In this document: in pieces, positions 29,396 through 32,000 of the stretch
Position numbering within the stretch: position 1 is the stretch's first letter
How the letters are laid out: every line of letters starts with the position of its first letter
Position numbers and translations under genes: made by a program
The notes under the pieces: model-generated
The model's database searches: none
What the model saw: the letters and a program-made list of their open reading frames with translations, nothing else
Told to the model about the DNA's origin: nothing
Source: Ktedonobacterales bacterium
GTDB taxonomy: Bacteria; Chloroflexota; Ktedonobacteria; Ktedonobacterales; JADMIN01
DNA length: 32,000 bases
Direction: 5' to 3'
Assembly (NCBI GenBank): GCA_030167145.1
Contig: CP126532.1
Span: 2,460,001 to 2,492,000 of the forward strand

Positions 29396-31921
29396 TCAGG
29401 CAAAGTGGCCCGCGCTGGCCAGCGGCGCGGCGGGATGCTCATTGTCGGTGATGTCATCGGGTTGGGCGGCGGGCAACATGAACGCGAAGGTGCTGCCAAA
29501 ATTGGCCGCGCTCTCGTGCAGCCAGATGTCGCCGCCCATGCCGCGCACGATCTGGCGGCAGATATAGAGGCCCAGGCCGGTGCCGCGTATCTGGCTGGCG
29601 CGCGCCGAATCGGTGCGCGCGAAGCGCTCGAAGAGCCGCGCCCGCTCATCCGGCGGAATGCCCATACCCTGGTCGCTCACCGTCACGATGAAGTACGGCT
29701 GCGCGGCGGCCAGCGTCACCAGCGCGGGCAGCGGTGCGGTGGGATTGCCTTCCTGCCCATCTTCTCCGGCGAACTGCGGCATCACCAGCGTGGGACGCTC
29801 CTCGATGCTTCCGCTAGTGAACGCCGTCGCAGGCGGCATCGTCTCGCGGGCGCTGATCGGCGTGCCGAACTCCGCAAGCACGCAACGCACCACCACCGAT
29901 CCGCCGTGCGGGCTATACTTGATGGCGTTGCTCACCAGATTTTCGAGCACCTCTTTCAGGCGGCTCAGATCCGCGCGCACATACAGGTCGGGCCGCACCT
30001 CAGCGAGCAACTCGTGGTTGCCGCCCTGCGCCTGCTGCAACTCGCGATACGAGCGCAGCACCGCGTCCACCACGCTGGCCAGCCGCACCGGGCTGGTATG
30101 CAGCTCGAAGCGGCCCGTATCTAGCCGCGAGGTTTGCAGCAGCCGCTCCGCAATCTCCGCCAGCTCCTGCGCGGAGTCCGCCGCGCGGCGCAAGAAGTCG
30201 CGTGCGCGGGCGTCATCGCGCGAGCCGGTATAGTCCACCAGCAGTTCCAGAAAGCCCTGCACGCCGGTCAGTGGGGTGCGTAGCTCGTGCGACGCGGTGG
30301 CGATGAAATCGTCTTTCATGCGGTCGAGTTCGCGCTGCTTGCGATACGCCCGCTCCAGTTCCACGAACGTGCGCGCGTTCTCGATGGCTTGGGCGGCCTG
30401 CGCCGCGAAGAGGTCGAGCAGCCAGAGGTCATCGTCGGTGAAGACGCGGAGTTCAGCGCCGTCCACCACTTCCAGCACGCCGATCACCTGACCGCGCTGG
30501 ATCAGCGGCACGGCGATGATCGCGCTGGGGTCTTCCGCGTCGTAGATCGCGGCGCGGGCGGGATACAGCCGGTAGTCATCCACCAGCATACCTTTGCGCG
30601 CCTGCACGACGCGCCCCGCCAGCCCCTCGCCCGCGTGCAACCGCGTGCCAGAATAGTCGTGGCGCAGCCCCTGGCTGACCAGCACTTCGAGGTCGTTGTA
30701 GCGCGGCTCGCAGACGTAGACCATCCCCGCGCGGGCGCTGAGCAGCGCAATCGAGCGACGCAGGATGTCGGCCAGCAGTTCGCTGGGGTCCGCGCCAAGC
30801 TGGCTGGCCACTACCAGCGATGTGGCGTGCAGCGTCATCATCTGCGCGATGCGCTCCTGCGCCACCTCCGCCACCTCTTGCGCCCGCTGCCGCGCCTGCA
30901 CCAGCCGTGTCACATCCACCGCCACCACCAGCACGCCGTCCGCGCCGGTAGCGGAACCCGCCAGCGGCGAGCTGGTGACATTCCAGTAGGTCATGCCCCG
31001 GTCGGGCTGGTGAACGGGCAGTTCGGTCATCGCCTGGGCTTCCCCGCTCGTATAGGCGGCGTCGAGGCGCAACATGGTGGCAAAGCCAGCGGCGCGTTCC
31101 GGCAGCACGTCGTCGAGCCGCCGGTCGGTGAGCGACAGCTCACTATCCAACCCCAACAGCAGATTGAAGGTGGGATTGGATAGCGCGAAGGTATGCTCCG
31201 CGCCGGTCAGCACCGCCACCGCGACCGGCGTATGGCGCACCACGGTCTGCGACAGCGCCTCCTGACTGCGCGAGTAGCTGAGCAGGCGATCACGGTCGGC
31301 GGCCAACGCGGTGAGATCGGCGAGTTCTTCGAGCGTTTGCAGGTGGCGCGCGTTCAGCCGTGTCTGCGCGCCCACCGCCAGCACCCCGAAGAACTGCCCT
31401 CGCGCCCGCAACGGATACGCCGCCAGCGTGCCAAGCGCCGTGGGCGACGCAAGCGGCAGCGGCGCGGCGAGCCGCTCCACCCACTCGCCAGTGAGCGCGG
31501 GATCGGCGGCATCGCTATAGACGATGGGACGACGCGCGGCGGCGACCTCGCGCACCAGTTGCCCAGCGGATGGCGCGCTGCGCGGGAGCCACTCACTGCC
31601 AGCCTCAAGCGCGCCGCTGCCCTCCGCTCCGATGGCGCCATGCGCGCGAAGCGAGGTCGCATCAGCCCGCAGCCGTAGCGCGGGCGCTAGCTCTTCGCCG
31701 CCGATGCGGCCCCGCGCGCTGGCCCACGGCGCGAGATCGGCAATCCACAACTGCGCCGTGGCGGGCGCGAGCGTGGCGGCGAGCGTGGCAGTGAGCGTGC
31801 GCGCGGCTTCGTCCAGGGCGCCATTGAGCAGCGCCAAACGCAGATCGGGCAGCGCGGGCGTCAGCAGATCAGGCGGCGGCAGCGTGGGGCGCAGTTCCGA
31901 GGTGATGCGCGCTCGCTCCAC
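29396..31921 (-). CDS. Multidomain sensor histidine kinase (GAF-PAS-GAF-HisKA-HATPase_c); the frame stays open to the window edge, so the true start may lie beyond 32000
   Basis: H-box FIATASHELRTPLT, N-box LENLVSNAIKYS, G1 VSDQGMGIP, G2 GTGLGLYICRQIV. GAF-like segments have ...GVLAVG... and ...VIGVLEVV... signatures. A PAS-like segment lies between them. GTG 31921 is the first in-window start, but upstream codons (ADASAPKRTRRAGGRGRARESAILGL) contain no stop. Confidence 0.88.
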   Translation of the reverse strand: MERARITSELRPTLPPPDLLTPALPDLRLALLNGALDEAARTLTATLAATLAPATAQLWIADLAPWASARGRIGGEELAPALRLRADATSLRAHGAIGAEGSGALEAGSEWLPRSAPSAGQLVREVAAARRPIVYSDAADPALTGEWVERLAAPLPLASPTALGTLAAYPLRARGQFFGVLAVGAQTRLNARHLQTLEELADLTALAADRDRLLSYSRSQEALSQTVVRHTPVAVAVLTGAEHTFALSNPTFNLLLGLDSELSLTDRRLDDVLPERAAGFATMLRLDAAYTSGEAQAMTELPVHQPDRGMTYWNVTSSPLAGSATGADGVLVVAVDVTRLVQARQRAQEVAEVAQERIAQMMTLHATSLVVASQLGADPSELLADILRRSIALLSARAGMVYVCEPRYNDLEVLVSQGLRHDYSGTRLHAGEGLAGRVVQARKGMLVDDYRLYPARAAIYDAEDPSAIIAVPLIQRGQVIGVLEVVDGAELRVFTDDDLWLLDLFAAQAAQAIENARTFVELERAYRKQRELDRMKDDFIATASHELRTPLTGVQGFLELLVDYTGSRDDARARDFLRRAADSAQELAEIAERLLQTSRLDTGRFELHTSPVRLASVVDAVLRSYRELQQAQGGNHELLAEVRPDLYVRADLSRLKEVLENLVSNAIKYSPHGGSVVVRCVLAEFGTPISARETMPPATAFTSGSIEERPTLVMPQFAGEDGQEGNPTAPLPALVTLAAAQPYFIVTVSDQGMGIPPDERARLFERFARTDSARASQIRGTGLGLYICRQIVRGMGGDIWLHESAANFGSTFAFMLPAAQPDDITDNEHPAAPLASAGHFA

Positions 31922-32000
31922 CAGCCCCAGGATGGCGCTCTCGCGGGCGCGTCCGCGTCCCCCTGCGCGGCGGGTACGCTTGGGCGCGCTCGCATCAGCG

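Noticed and set aside
28568-31183. 518-aa and 298-aa plus-strand ORFs opposite the methyltransferase and histidine kinase
   Set aside because: These are shadow ORFs. The minus strand carries unmistakable H, N, G1 and G2 kinase boxes and SAM-methyltransferase motifs.

Overview
High-GC (roughly two-thirds G+C by eye, not computed), gene-dense bacterial chromosomal segment with GGAGG-type ribosome-binding sites. I saw no rRNA, tRNA or CRISPR array. I support about 36 protein-coding genes. Left to right: the 3' end of an SRPBCC gene; a tnpB-only IS200/IS605-type element with an apparently intact RNA-guided nuclease gene; an agmatinase-family ureohydrolase; a Bro-N protein; a HAD hydrolase; a cupredoxin lipoprotein; a 7-blade repeat propeller; an FAD reductase plus methyltransferase pair; two MFS transporters; a RelE/ParE-like toxin-antitoxin pair; a secreted-protein/small-TM pair; a family-3 acyltransferase followed by a peptidase gene remnant; a methyltransferase convergent with a class-V PLP enzyme. 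An arsenic island follows, made of an ArsR-ArsM in-frame fusion, a lipoprotein, arsR, a leader sORF, a MIP channel, arsC and a GNAT. After it comes a lower-GC patch with an orphan secreted protein and a 4-TM protein, then a methyltransferase and a GAF-PAS-GAF histidine kinase running to the window edge. The most unusual structure is a perfect 5 x 30-bp head-to-tail repeat at 26980-27135. Each unit carries a GC hairpin with a UGGA loop and a CCUCUC tract. The array sits exactly between a near-consensus promoter and the RBS and signal peptide of the orphan secreted-protein gene. Other notable points: an internal SD/ATG retained at the ArsR-ArsM junction, a 22-codon sORF coupled (TAATG) to the aquaporin ORF, dispersed CCGTAGGGG-type motifs flanking tnpB, and two gene remnants. 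Many long antisense ORFs in the track are high-GC shadow ORFs and were rejected. All homology calls come from motif recognition by eye; no database search was run.
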